DNA from: Camelus dromedarius
Taxonomy: Eukaryota
Reading direction: 5' to 3'
Assembly: GCF_036321535.1 (NCBI RefSeq)
Contig: NC_087449.1
Coordinates: 25,172,001 to 25,236,000 of the forward strand
Length of the DNA stretch: 64,000 nucleotides
Position numbers and translations under genes: made by a program. A model generated the notes under the pieces. It did not search any database. It had not been told where the DNA came from and saw only the letters and a program-made list of their open reading frames with translations. This document shows, in pieces, positions 1-14,072 of this stretch; positions within the stretch are counted from its first letter, which is position 1, and every line of letters begins with the position of its first letter.

Positions 1-667
1 CTGCCTCTAGTAAAGGTCACATGTTACCATCTTCGTAAGTGCTTTTTAACAGAGGCAGTGGTTCCATTTGATCCGTTTGACTCAATTTGATTCATTTATC
101 CTTCATTACTTATTTGTGGACTACGTGGGACATCCACACTGGCTACCATCAGGGGTGCCAAGGTGAGCTCAGTATGAGCCCTCTGCTTCCCAGGAGCTGA
201 TAGCCTGATTGTCTGGATGGAGCAGGGTGATGGCTCACAAGAAAGAGGTACAGCATGTGATTTCAGGACTCAAAAGAAGTGAGACAATATCTTGTTTGGA
301 GAGCAGGGAAGGTGCACTGCAATGGGTAGTTTCCGGCAGACAGAGAAAAGTCCCAGGCCGGTGAAGGAAATGTCCAAGAAGAAAGAAGATCATTCCCACT
401 GGGTCAGATGCTGTGTGGTGGTGTCTCTGAAGGATGATGCCTCGGGTTGGCGGGTTTGGGAAGGGATCACAGGTGACTTTGGAAACAGTTGTTTCAAGGG
501 GTTGTTGGGAGGAGTCCAGATTGCAGAGGCTAAAGGAGTGGCATGCATGGGCCAGGGAAGGCAGTGATACAGCGGAGTGGCTGAAGAAGGCAGAAGAGCT
601 TGTGGAGTTACTTTTGTGTGTTGAAGGATAGAGGAGACCTGAATATGTTTGTTGGCTGAGAAGAAGA

Positions 668-735
668 ATCCGAGAGAGAGAGACACAGAGAGAGACAGAG
701 ACAGACAGGGAAACAGAGACAAAGAGAGCGAGATT
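668..735. repeat. Compound (GA/GACA)n microsatellite
   Basis: gagagagagacacagagagagacagagacagacagggaaacagagacaaagagagcgaga. Confidence 0.85.
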
Positions 736-1299
736 AAAGATACTAAGGCGAGAAGATGCTTGATGAGCAAGGTGCTGGAGGTGCTAGAAGAACCTGAAAT
801 CCGCAGCAGAGGCAGCAGAGGTCAGCCTAGGAAAGCTTCTGGAATGTTTATTCCTCTGAGATGGAAGCAAAGGGAAGGGAGGGTGGGTGAATGTTCAGAG
901 AGATGTTGGAGAGGGAAGGGAGGTGAGCATTAGGTTCTTAGTTGTTTGAAGTCTGGAGGGAAGGCAGACTCTTCCCTCTGGTGGAGAATCATTGCAAATG
1001 GCCCGAATCTTCTCAGGCACTGGGAAGGGGGGTTAACAGTCAAAGAACTACGTGTCTGCCAAGATGACACCACAGGGCTTACAGTGGAGTTTCCGTAGAG
1101 TGTGTGACGACATCAAGCAGCCTGGGAGTGACGGTGTGGACAGGGGCAGGATGGGACTGACTGAAGGTGTGTGGATCCCAGTCGAATGTCATTAATGAGT
1201 TTAGGGAGGGTGTATGAGGAATATCTAGGAGGGTACCTCGAAGAGGCGTAAAACCCCCAAGGACCTCCGCAGATTAGGCCATCTGCTAGGCATCTGGCA

Positions 1300-1460
1300 C
1301 CTGAGATCCCATTTAATCTTCATAATAATCCTATTATGAGGATGGTTATCCCTGTTTTATGGATGATGAAAGTCAGGCACTCAGAAAGTCAACAGATGTG
1401 CTCCGGATCACACGATGACTAAGTGTGTTGCTGGGGTTTGAAGTCCGATGCCGTGGCATC
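1300..1460 (+). mobile_element. MIR SINE fragment
   Basis: atttaatcttcataataatcctat...ttatccctgttttatggatgatgaaagtcaggcactcagaaag MIR core. Confidence 0.6.
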
Positions 1461-4349
1461 CAGGAATCGGCATGTGCTAGATCTGTAACCCTGATTTAGG
1501 AGGCTGGAGGGGAAGTTTAACAGGCATCAGGAAGTCTGAATTCCACATCCCACTGCTTTCCCCCAAATTGGATCTTGTCCCTGGGGCTCAAGTCCCTCCC
1601 ACTGAACGGAAGGCGGCTCCTCAGCCCGGCCTTCAGGGATGCTCTGCTCTCTCTGCACCACTATGCAAACTCCTCTCTTCCACTCCAGCCACGTGGCCCC
1701 ACACTCACCACACTCATTCCCTCCTCGGGACCTCTGCATTTTCTTCCTGTCTGGACCCTTTTCCATGAAGCTCTTCTCATGACTGGCTCCATCTTATCAT
1801 TCAAGTCACAGCTCAGATGCCACCTCAGAAGGCTTCCTGGTGACTCCATCTGCAGTGGCTGGCCATCTCTCTAGCAGAACACCCTGTGTCTTTCTGTGGA
1901 TGATCTTGACTTGTCACTTCTATCTGAGTTCTAACAGAACGCACTGAAGTTAACCAAGGGAGGCTGTGTTCTCTCTCGTTCCTTTCAGTCTCCCCGGCAC
2001 CGAGACCAGGTCCTGGCTCATGGTGGGTGAAATTATTTGTTAGATGAATTAGTGGATGGATGACTCCTGGGAGCTAGGTTGAACTCTAGTAAACTTCCAT
2101 GCTGTAAAATTCCATTAAGCAGCCTTGAGGCTCTTCACCTGCATGGACAGGTGATGTCCATAATGACAGCCTAAAGGTCTTTCTGCCTCCCACATCATCA
2201 GGGCAAGGGGAAGTTACAATTCTAACATTTTCCATGGATTCATGGATACCATAAAAGTGGTAGCTCAACTGAGAAAGGTGCGGAATTAAAGGAGCGTGCC
2301 TCTGTGTTCCGTCTGCTGTGTTCAGTGTTGGGGCCTTTCATTTGAGAACACGAGTAACAACGCCCACTGCTTTTTGAGTGCCTTCTCCAGCGCAGACGCA
2401 GAGCTGCCCTGCCATGTGAAGCAGGTATGTAATGCATTTTCTAAGTGAGATAACTGAGGCTCAGAGAGGTCAGGCGATATGGTCAAGGTCACAGAGCCAG
2501 CAGGTAGCTAAGCCAGAATTCCAACCATAATCTGTCATCCTCCCAATCTGGGCTTTTTCTGCTACTCCAAACTAGGTTCCACAGACCCCATGAGGCTTAG
2601 GAGCACCTATCACGTGCACAACAAATCTAAAGATTCGTAATGTAGCACCTTCATCTCTAGGTAGCTCACAGACTTGGAGCCTGCTAGAAGTCCTCCAGGC
2701 CAGCTTTGATTTGGTTGTTATAAATTTCTGCTGATGTTTTCTGAGAATCCAGTCAATACTCGTCAACCTTAAAATGGATTGGAAGCTCTTCCCTTTAACA
2801 TGCTGAAACAGCTATATAGCCACAAGCATAAAGAATGAAGTGGGGCTGGGGAGATGGTCCGCAAGTGCCATTCCTTTCCCTCCCTGCAGAAGGGGTGTTG
2901 AGGAGGACAGATCCGTCCCACTCCAAACTGGGCTCCCTTCCCAGCCAGTTGCGAAGCATCCAGAAAGCCCATTACAAACCATAAAGGGCTGCACAGAAGT
3001 GACTCATCATTACTGAGACTAGAGCCACAGGTGCACCTCCACCAGCTCAGTCCTTGATGATGCATCCTCTATTTTTTTTTTCTTTTTTTTTGCCAGGACA
3101 CCCCTGCAGAGGGGGAAGCTTGCTGAGTTGGAGGATGCTCAGTCAAGAGCCTTCCTCTTGCCTCCAGGGAGGGTTGGTTTGCTCCCTGGAGCTGCTCAGA
3201 AGCATCTACTGTGAAAGCCCCTGGGGAGGAGCTCGTCCTCACTCCACTGAGTTATAGGTCAAGTTCCTGAAGAGAGTATAGAGAATCATAACATGAGGCT
3301 CGTTTACACCTCTTAAAAGCAAAATAAAATAGTCATGGGGTGAAAATGTGAAAGCCTTTAACAAGGCAATGCAAACATTCCCATCTTTTTCAGGACAGAG
3401 CCGTGGGGTGACGCATAGAGTCATCACTCGGCTTCCACAGCCCAGCTGGTCATGATGCTCAGAGAGGCTTTAGGAAGAAAATTGCTGATCAATGAGCCCA
3501 ACTAGTTTTCTGTATCCACTGGCATCCTGGTCTTACTATGATCATTTCTGAAAAATTGGTTGTGGTGGGGTGGAGGGAACGTCAGACAAAGATTGGGTTT
3601 TTTCTTCTTCCTGCAGAACTTATAAGAAACCCTAACTGACATTTTGTGATAAACCAGATTTGTTACAATGAATATCCATGTCTTCATGAGCAAAGTAGTA
3701 AGGACATAAAGACAAAAATACCATTCTGGACAGTAATAGTAATAGCAGTTAACACTTATTGAGTGTTATTATGTGCTAGGTTCTGTTCTAAGTGCTTTTA
3801 ATACATTAACTCAGTAAGTGTCACAGTAACCTTGTGGGTTCTGTTATTATCCCCATTTTTCAGAAGCAGTGCTAAGAAAGTCTCAGACTAGCTCTGCTGA
3901 GATAGTTTTATTATTGTCCAAAAGACACACACAGATTTTTCCCACAAGCATCAGTACAGGGAAGATTGGGTTTTCCACATAGCACCGCCCATTAGAGGTG
4001 GGATCCTCCAGACAACAGATAACAGGCTGATGGTCTCCTGCATCTCCTTTGGTGGAGAGGGATATGAGTTACAAAATAGAAATCTCTTTTGAGTTCTTAT
4101 TTAATACTTTATCTTTTTTAAATGCCAGTTTTTCATTCCATTGTGAAATGTATATTAATTGCTTTGATATAAAAATTTATGGAGAGTTTTTCCCGCTCAT
4201 TTTTCAAATGAGATGGTTATTCCTGGAAGATTTCCTGTCTATCCCATGGCATTTCTCATGTCCCCTGGTACATTGCACGAGATATCACTAGGCCTTTGAA
4301 AAGGACCTACAACCACAGCCAGTGACTCAAGAGCTACAGACACAGAGCA

Positions 4350-4510
4350 AACCTCAAGTGCACGGCAGTGGGTGATGTGAGGCCACCTGAGTGGTGTGTT
4401 CTAGAGCCAGACAGACCTGAGTCCTGGTCTCACCTTTTCTTACTTGGGCAGTTGATGTAGCTTCACTGACCTTCAGGGTCCTCATCTGTAAAATGGGGAC
4501 AATGTGCTTT
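4350..4510 (-). mobile_element. MIR SINE fragment
   Basis: ctagagccagacagacctgagtcc...ttgggcagttgatgtagcttcactgaccttcagggtcctcatctgtaaaatgggga. Confidence 0.65.
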
Positions 4511-4702
4511 GGTTTAGGAAATAAAGTCAAGGTCATTGGCCCCCTTGGTCATCTCTGACTCTGCTGTGGACCTTTCTTGCTGGGTATCCTCAGAAAAGTG
4601 GCCAATGTTAAAGACTGCTAAAAATGTAGAATATAGGTTGCACCGCTGAGAAAGGACTGCTCTATTCCATGGCCCTTGAGTCGTCAGGCAGTGTCCCACT
4701 GA

Positions 4703-4996
<294 letters not shown>

Positions 4997-6231
4997 TAAC
5001 TCGAGAAGGCTGGGCCCTGCAAATGTCATCTGTCCAAAGCCTGAACTCTTGGTTTCCTCAAAGCCTCCTGAGATCCAGAAAGGCTGGGACAGAGGTCAGT
5101 GAGCTTGTAATCTGTGTCTGAGTCTGGAACTGGACAAATTCCATCTGGGCAAACTCCTCAAACTGAACGTTCCCACAGTGAGCATCTTGAGAAGTCATTT
5201 GCTAGTTAGCTGCTCTAGGAAGCCCCTGCGGGTGATCCACCTTGATCACGAGTTACGGAGCAGTTCAGAGGGCTAGGGCATCCCTGTTGAGCTTCTGGGC
5301 TCTTCTACATGAGAACACAGAGCAGGGATGTGAGCCTTAGCCAGGAGGGCTTGGAGTTAGACAGGCTCCATATGGAACAATGGGAACACCTCAAAAGGCC
5401 ACTTGCCCGTCTTTACCCAGTAGGAGAGCAAGTAGAGTGCATTCATCTCTCCTTTTCCCCCAAGTGATCATAGATGCAGCCTAACTCTCAAGAACTAGGA
5501 AGGGTCTGAGATTTTACTCTACCTTAAAGCTAATAAGGTAGCCTGCCGCAGTGTCATGGCTGCTGACAGAGGACAAAGGGACAAAGGACAGTATATCACT
5601 CACAGCAGCAACAGTAGTCACAGCATTGGTATTTACACCACTTCCCAATTCCCAGTTCCCAGCTGGCGGTATGAGGAGCGCTGGATCCCTGAGCCCAGAG
5701 TGGGTTGTGTTACTGGAGAGGAACCCTGGGCTTAGGAAACCTGAATCTTTTATCCTGGATAGTAAGCATGTCTGCCATCTGTGCTGGAGGAGACTCTGTC
5801 TCCCAAGGCTGTTCACTGTACATACATCCTTAAAAAGACAGCGTAGAACAAAAGGCCAGAGAGCATCTCACTCACAAGATGTGCAGAAATCCAAGAGACT
5901 TGTAGAAAATTGTCCTCCAATGATATATTTAACTCCACTTTCCACTGCCACCCCAAAGTGACTGCAGACAGTAGCCTAACCTGATGGCAGTCACTTGTCA
6001 CACTTCACATAGTAGCAATCCTGTTGATGGCAGGCAACAGACACTTGTAGCTTACTTTTTGGTTTTCAAAGTATTTTCACCCACCTATAGCCCCTAGTCC
6101 ATAGGATTCAATAAAGCTGTTTTCATATTAAATAATGTTTAATTAAATAGGCATTTAAAATCTTTTTTTCTAAATTGGCCCTCTTGAGGGGGAAATGCTC
6201 ACTAATGATCAAAATCAATGCCCTTCTCTTA

Positions 6232-7212
6232 ATTGGCAGAACATACAAACAGCTCATAGAACTCAATAACAAAAAACAACCCAATTAAAAATGGCTGCAC
6301 ACCTAAACAAATGTGTCTCCAATTAAGACATACAGAAGGCCCACAGGCATGTGAAAAAATGCTCAACATCACTGATTACCCACAAAACACAAGTCCAGAT
6401 TACAGTGAGGTCTCACTTCACACCAGTCAGAATGGACATCATTCAAAAGTCCACANNNNNNNNNNNNNNNNNNNNNNNNNNNNNNNNNNNNNNNNNNNNN
6501 NNNNNNNNNNNNNNNNNNNNNNNNNNNNNNNNNNNNNNNNNNNNNNNNNNNNNNNNNNNNNNNNNNNNNNNNNNNNNNNNNNNNNNNNNNNNNNNNNNNN
6601 NNNNNNNNNNNNNNNNNNNNNNNAAAACTCTAATTCAAAAAGATACATGCACCCTAATGTTCATAGCAGCACTATTTACAATAGCCAAGACATGGAGGCA
6701 ACCTTAATGTCCATCAACAGATGACTGGATAAAGAAGCTGTGGTATATTTATACAGTGGAACACTACTCAACCATAAAAAAGAATAAAATAATGCCATTT
6801 GCAGCACATGGATGAGTCTTGAGATCATCATTCTAAGTGAAGTAAGCCAGAAAGAGAAAGTAAAATACCATATGATATCACTTACATGTGGAATCTAAAA
6901 AAAAATGACACAAATGAGCTTATTTGCAAAACAGAAATAGACTCACAGACTCAAAAACAAACTTATGGCTACCAGGGGGGAAGGGGGCAGGGGTGGAGGG
7001 ACAAATTGGGAGTTTGGGATTTGCAGATACTAACTACTATATATAAAATAGATAAACAAGGTCCTACTGTACAGCACAGTAATACCTTGTAATAACCTAT
7101 AATGAAAAAGAATATGAAAAGGAATATACACATATAACTGAATCACTATGCTGTACGCCAGAAATTAATACAACATTGTAAACTGACTATACTTCAATTA
7201 AAAACAAAACAA
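6232..7212 (+). mobile_element. 5'-truncated LINE-1 (ORF2 end + 3' UTR), artiodactyl/camelid-type, interrupted by an N gap
   Basis: ORF2-like peptide (KDTCTLMFIAALFTIAKTWRQP) and a typical L1 3' UTR ending cttcaattaaaaacaaaac. Imperfect flanking duplication aaaa(t)caatgc(c/t)cttct. Confidence 0.9.
6456..6623. other. Assembly gap (N run)
   Basis: Run of n characters inside the L1. Confidence 1.
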
Positions 7213-8936
7213 TGCTCTTCTTATAGAAGAGAAACCGATGCTCTAGGAGAGTAAGGGACGCATCCCAGGTCACCAAGGAGGGATGGCAATTCATGCTGCC
7301 GCTGCTCCCTTCAGCTCCCTCTGGGGTCTTTACATAGGAAGAGAGCTGCAGGTACTGAGTTAAATAGGAGAAGTCGGGAGGCCGGGACTTTCCTGGGCTA
7401 AGCTGCTATGTCTCTCTGTATCTCCAGGGTCAGCGCTGTGCCTGTCCTGTAGCAGCTCTCTGTAAATGGTTGTTGAATTAAATTGTATAGAACTGGACCA
7501 GGAGGGAGGTGAGGAAGGAAGGGCCCCCAAGTCAGGCAGGGGGCAGACAGGAAGACATCTGCATATGTCATCTGGCTTTAATACCACTCGGAGAGAGGAG
7601 TCTGGAGGGAAATGTATGGTCTGGTTAGTGCGGTAAACAAGCATTACCTCAGGGCTGAGTATAAGCAAACCGAAGAGCAAACAGGCTTCTCTGGAAAGAT
7701 CTGTCTGCGTTCCAGAGAAGTGGGGAACCGGGACACCTAATGATACATTCCCATGTCCTGGGATGGTCAGGCATTGTCTGTAATGCTCATAATGACAGTA
7801 ACAGCCGACACTTACGCAGCATTTGTGACCCACTCGGGTCTCACACTAACCCCATAAGGCAGGTAGTATCGTTAAGCATTGATATTCTAACAGATCAGAA
7901 AAAGTCACCAAGGGGTTAACTTGTCCGGAACCACCTAAGTAGTATGGCAGAGCCAGGGCTTTTCTGGTGACAACCCCCTTTCTTTTCTCTAAGCCCCAGC
8001 GCTCTGGGCAGGGAAGCATAATCCATCAGTGACTGCAGATTGGAGCTCTAATCAGTGAACACATCAGCCAACATGTTCTATGTGTAAGACACGGTGCTCA
8101 GAGTCCCAGGGGATCTGAAAGGAGGGGAAGCATAGTCCTTGCCTCGTTCTCACAACCTTACAAAGCCTGGCCCATCAGAGATGCCTGGGACCAGGAGAGA
8201 ACTGGGAGAAATACATAATCAAGTCGTATGAGAGGACTACGTATATACAGGAAACTCAATGAGAAATGATGGTCAATTTGTAATCAGAAAAATTACTGCC
8301 ACACAGTATTATATTCACATCCTTTATCTCATTTGATTTTCACCAAAGCCCTGTGAGGGATACAGGACAGATCATGGTCATATTAATTTTTGAGAAAAGA
8401 AAGACGAAGATTCAGGGACGACAAGTGACGTGGCCTGGGTCACACACTAGGAAACAGGAGGACCAGAGTTTGGTCTCGCTTTCTGAGTCTAACCCCTTGC
8501 CTCATGCACTGATGAGCACAGGGATGTGAAAGATTGTTGTCAATGGCTATGGACTAGAAATGACCCCAGGACCATGCCAACAGGGACCTTGTTGAGACAA
8601 GAGCGTTCTGGGTGTCATTAAATGGAAAATACCAGGGGCGTTAAGAGCAGCCCAAGTCTTCCTTGGGGAAGTTAGGCTGGGAGAGGCCATAAGAAGCCAT
8701 GGTACTAAAGCTTTCAACCCTTCATTTTTTCCATCATTCAACATTTATCAGCCCATACTTGGTGCTAGGTCCTGAAGAGACAGAGATGAAAAAGATTTAG
8801 TCCCTGCCCTCAAAGATGTCACAGTCCACGAGAAAGAGAGAGACTGACAGGTTGCAATACCAAATGGCAAGTGCTGTGTTTTGAACCCTGTGCCTGGGGG
8901 GTCAGTAGAGGGCATTAGAAAGGATGTAGCATTTGA

Positions 8937-9338
<402 letters not shown>

Positions 9339-9774
9339 TAACAAGTGGGTGTTTCACTTCCCTTTCTGAATAGTGCCTTGCCAGCCGGCAGAATTCAAGA
9401 AACCACATGGCAGTAGCAACAGAGTCAACCTCATGAGGCTGTCGTGGGATTTAAATGAGAGGACCCACGTAAATGCCAGGAGCCTTGGGTCTGGGAAAGC
9501 CAAAACCCAAGCCTCTCACACCATCCTGAGGGAATGTGCGGAGGCCTGGCCTTGGCCCTGAACCACATCTGGTCACGGCAACAGCAGCATGTGGGCCTTG
9601 AGGCAGCAGCTTGGACAGGAAAGCTCCGCTGTGCACGTGGATTCCTGAAAGGCTGGATGAAGGAGCCAAGTGAAAGTTATGTCCACTCTTGGACAGGGAC
9701 CCACCTTACAGGGTGGTCCATTTCATCAAGCCGCCCTGCTTGAAGATGTGTTGCCAGAATCGTGCTCCTGGTAA

Positions 9775-9801
9775 GGTGGTGGTGGTGGTGGTGGTGGTGG
9801 T
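9775..9801. repeat. (GGT)9 trinucleotide microsatellite
   Basis: Nine consecutive GGT units, read directly. Confidence 0.95.
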
Positions 9802-9809
9802 GATGAGGT

Positions 9810-10210
9810 AGCTATAATGGTAATCTGTGTCCTGTGCTGGCTCCGTGCCAGGTACTGTACCCGGCATTTACCCCACACCATCTCGTTTAAATCCACAACC
9901 ACTTTATGAGGTAGATGCTCATGAGGAAATGGAGGCACTGAGTGGTTAAGTAACGTACCCAAGATCACACAGCTAGTGGAACCAGCTCCATCCAACTTCT
10001 GATTATTCAGAGGAACTAACTCTTTCCCTGCATTGCCTCATGAATCCTCACAGTAACCCAGTGAGGTAGACACGGTGATCCCTGTCTTGTGCTGATAAGG
10101 AAATTGAGCCCTGGAGAGTTCATGTGGCTGCCATAAGGTCACAAGCTGCTGACTCGTGGAGCAAGGATTCAAGCCCAGGTCTGACTCCTTAATGCTGGCA
10201 CTAGAATGCT
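9810..10210 (+). mobile_element. Two tandem MIR SINE fragments
   Basis: Two MIR cores (gaggaaatggaggcactgagtggttaagtaacgtacccaagatcacacagc; gaaattgagccctggagagttcatgtggctgccataaggtcaca). Confidence 0.65.
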
Positions 10211-11171
10211 TTAAACAGACATCTCTGTATTTTCTTAACATCCACAGTTCAAAAGGAACAAAGGCCTGGGGAGATAAAGAGAGTCCCCTCCATGCCCAGG
10301 GTCAGCCCCTCTCACCAGGCCACAGCTGAACACCCTGCCTTTGCTCCCTTAGTGATCCAAGCTGCTCAGAAACTCACACCACACCCAGGCAGCGTCTTCA
10401 GGTCCCTTGAACCCCAGCCCTACCCAAAGCCACTTCTGTAATCATTAGAGAGCACAGAGTCTCTTTAAATGCATGTGGAAACAGTGGTGGGCTCTGGAAA
10501 TAAGAGCCTTCTTTCCCCTGTTTCCAAACATGATACAGTCAGACAAAGGCTCTGTGTTAGTGAGCTCCCTGGGGCAGAAGGCGGGTGGCCCCTTCACCTG
10601 GAACAGGTCCAGGGCCCTCTTAGGACTGAGCACTACAGCTGGCCCGGGGAGGCCTGAAGGGGCAGGCCGTGTGGGACACGGGTGGGACGCGGGTGGGAGC
10701 AGGAGTTTTGAAGTCCCTGGTTAGCGGAGACAATCGGGCAGTGGGTGTGAGAGCGTCTCCTGGAGTGTGCCACCAAGTGGAGGACTCAGTGGCTGCTCTC
10801 GGGAGGTAGAGGAAGAGCCACAGCGGACAGGTCCTTCGTATTTCAAACCAATCAAGTGATTGTTAGATGCGTGGATTTTAAAATTTGACTGTGTGCCTTC
10901 GGGCAGGTCGCCTACCACCCTGAATCTCTGTTCGTCTGTAAATGAGGATAGTAACAGACCAGACCTAAATACAGTAACGTTTGTCAAGCCCGTTTGACAT
11001 TTAGGAGGCGCTCTGTGGGTACCTGTCCTTGTTGCAAGTAGGTGAACTGAGATAACAAACAGGAAGCAGCTGCCGCGTGAATGAGTAGGGACCTTGGTGT
11101 TTGCAGGCAGTGTCTGGAGGGAGTCGGGAGGATGTCTGGAGTTAGGGGAGCCAATCAGAGAAGAAGGGAGA

Positions 11172-11363
11172 AGTGGCTCTCATTTGGGGGTGATTTTGCC
11201 CTCCAGGGGAGATTCAGCAATGTCTGGAGACATTTTTATTTGTCTTAAGTGTGTGGGGGAGAGGCCATGGATGCTGCTGAACATCCTACAGTGGGCAGGA
11301 ACACTGAAGAATTACAAATTTTCTGGCCCAACATGTCAAGAGTGCCGCAGCTGAGAAACCCTG
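11172..11363. mobile_element. MER20-like hAT-Charlie MITE
   Basis: agtggctctcatttgggggtgattttgccctccagggga...aatgtctggagacatttt...gccgcagctgagaaaccctg matches the MER20 pattern. Confidence 0.75.
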
Positions 11364-13967
11364 ATGTGAGAGAGTGCTGAAGCCCAGGGGGGACAGAAGC
11401 CATCCCAGTCAAGTGCTGGATCAGGAAGAGACAGATCAGGGTTGAGGACCCGGCTGGCTGCAGTTTGGGGCGGGGCTGGAAGCCTGGGAAGTAGGAACTG
11501 GGCAGCTAGGTGGGAGATGGTGTCAGAATCCTGCCCTAAGGGAAGGCGGAGAGGGTTAGGGGATGCCCAGCAAGCATAGGGGTGCCTCTGCAGTGCAGGC
11601 AGCAGGCCCACAGGAGGTTCTAGACCCTGCTCACAGCCCAGTCACCTGCTGCCTTCTGGGACAGGGCTGACTCAGGAGTCACACCCAAATTTCCCAAGTG
11701 AATCGGGCGAGGTGTTTCAGTGGGAGAGGGGGACAGCTGACAGGGCCCTAGCAAACAGCAAGCCCTGTGCCTCCAGCTTCGCGTTGAGGGGTGAGCTCCA
11801 GCCCGAATCACGATCACCGTCTCGTCTCAATGATCACTTTCCTGTGGAGACTCAGATGTTCCCTTGGAAAACTGAGAGAAGTCGTGTCCTGAAAGTGGTT
11901 TTTCTCATCCTACCAGCAGTTACAGGTTGCTGTAAGTGTAGAACCCACAACAGCCAGCAGGGCCCTTTCCGTGGGTTTAGAAGGTAATTTGAGAAATCAG
12001 TCACCCAGCCCCTCGCGGCTGCCAGAGCGTCAGGGACCAGGAGGTAGTGGTGAGGACCGAGCCCTGGTCCCCGAGGCTCACCCACTGCAGGGCTTGTTCT
12101 GTTGGTGCCTCCACAGCACCCATCAAATCGAGAGCTGCTTGAAGACAGAGACTTGCCTTTCTCGTCTCTGCCTGGTCTGTAGTGGCTTCTTCGTGAGTTC
12201 TCGTCGTATTGAGAGACAGCCCCCGCCCACCACACAGACACGCAGATGCACACGCGCACAGGTGTGCCGGCTGCCTGAGCCCCTTCTGTCTCCCCAGGCC
12301 TGCGGTGCTGCCGAGCAGGGACTTGCTGTGCCCGGCTCCCAAGGGAGCTGCACACTGTGGGCTTGTTCCCGGGGCTCTGCCAGAGGCACCTCAGGGACCC
12401 CCCCCAAGGCGGTCTCTTTGGCCACACTTTCTGAACTGAGTGGGGTCCCCCCACTTACCACGTCTGCCATTGAGGAGTCCACAGATGCAGGCAGGCTGTC
12501 ACCCCCAGGTGGGCCCTGTCCCAAGTTTCACTTCTCATAATAATGGTAATCACACTGTCTTTGTGTTGACATCGAGTCTCAGGGTTGGCAAAGGGTAGCG
12601 ATGGAGTCCACAGGGGACAGGCATAAAGAAACCCAGGCCCCTCCTGTAGGGCTCTCACTGGACTCTGCTGGCTTCCAGACCTACTCAATCTAAGAATACA
12701 CGTGAGGACTGAGGTTGCTTGGGTTCTTCGTCAACCTGAAATGCACGCTCTCCGTCATCATCCAGCGTTCCCTCTTTGAGCAGTGCTGACTGAGGGCCGA
12801 CCAGATGGCAGGCACGTGGCCAGGGGCTGGGTGTTCATGCTGGGCCTGCAAACAGGCCAGATCCAGTGTCTGACTTCGTGGGGACTGAGATTTCTCAAAT
12901 AACCCCGCAAATACCAACTTAAAAAGGGCAGTTACAGGGAGGTACAAGGAGTCACCAGGCCTTTCAGAGCAAGAACTCCGTATGTTTTGTGAAGCCCTTG
13001 TGCTGAAATGCCACTTCCTCTGCTCTGCCCTGCCCCCAGCCTCCACACACAGGGCGGTCTCTGTTCCTCGGCTGGCTTGGGTGGCCTTCAGCTGTGCGTT
13101 CTAGTTATTTACATGTGTGCGGAGCCCCAGTGGCAGCTGGACTCCATCCTGGAGCACAGAGAAGAGACTGAGGGGTTTTCAGCTGAGTCAGAACACGTCC
13201 CACCTGCTTCAGTGGATTTCCCACTTTGAGGGGAGTAATTCCCCCCATCTATAGTACAGCAGAGAACACTCTCGTGGGGTTTTGGGTGGCCCGGCTCCCA
13301 TGTAGCAAACCCATTAATATTTATGCAGCAAAATGTAAAAATGTTCACACTAAATGGGCTAAGTAAGGACTGGAGATAGCCTCAGGTGGGGTTTGGCTCT
13401 CTGAACTAGGTTTATGATGGTGAAGACTTGGAAACAATGTAAGTCTCCAATAGAAGGGGAAAATGGTATGTTCTGATGCCTGTGTAAGAGCAGGGAAAGT
13501 CTTATAACATACTATAGTAAGTTCAAAATAACAGTTGATTCAAAATTGATATACAGTGTCATTCCTCTATTTAAAAATCAGCAACAAATTTGCACAGGAG
13601 AAAAGGCTGGAGGGAAACAGATTCCAAATGCTAACTTTCATTTAGGTCTGTGTCATGGAATAATGGAAGAGTTGTTTTCATTCCTCTGTTCTCCAATTTA
13701 AAAAAAAAGTATTAAAAACCAAGTGATGCTTCTTTATTTTCATTGACACAGATTTCCCAGGAGTGATTGCTGTTCCCACGAAAGGGGGGCCATTTCTCAC
13801 AATCCTCAGGCCACACTCAAGTCTCCTCCTCTCCTGGGGTCTGTAGATGCTTCAAATAGACTTCTACGCCCCAGGCATACCCCCCTGTTCGCAACTCACC
13901 CTTCCTTTCTGGGGTGGGAGGCCAATGGGATAAAAAATTTGTGTCTCCTTTTCTTTCTTCCCTGTAG

Positions 13968-14072
<105 letters not shown>

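Noticed and set aside
11852-12540. Overlapping 200-aa (-) and 189-aa (+) ORFs in the last KANK4 intron
   Set aside because: GC-rich sequence with few stops, low-complexity Pro/Ser/Gly/Arg composition, no recognisable domain and no convincing splice context.
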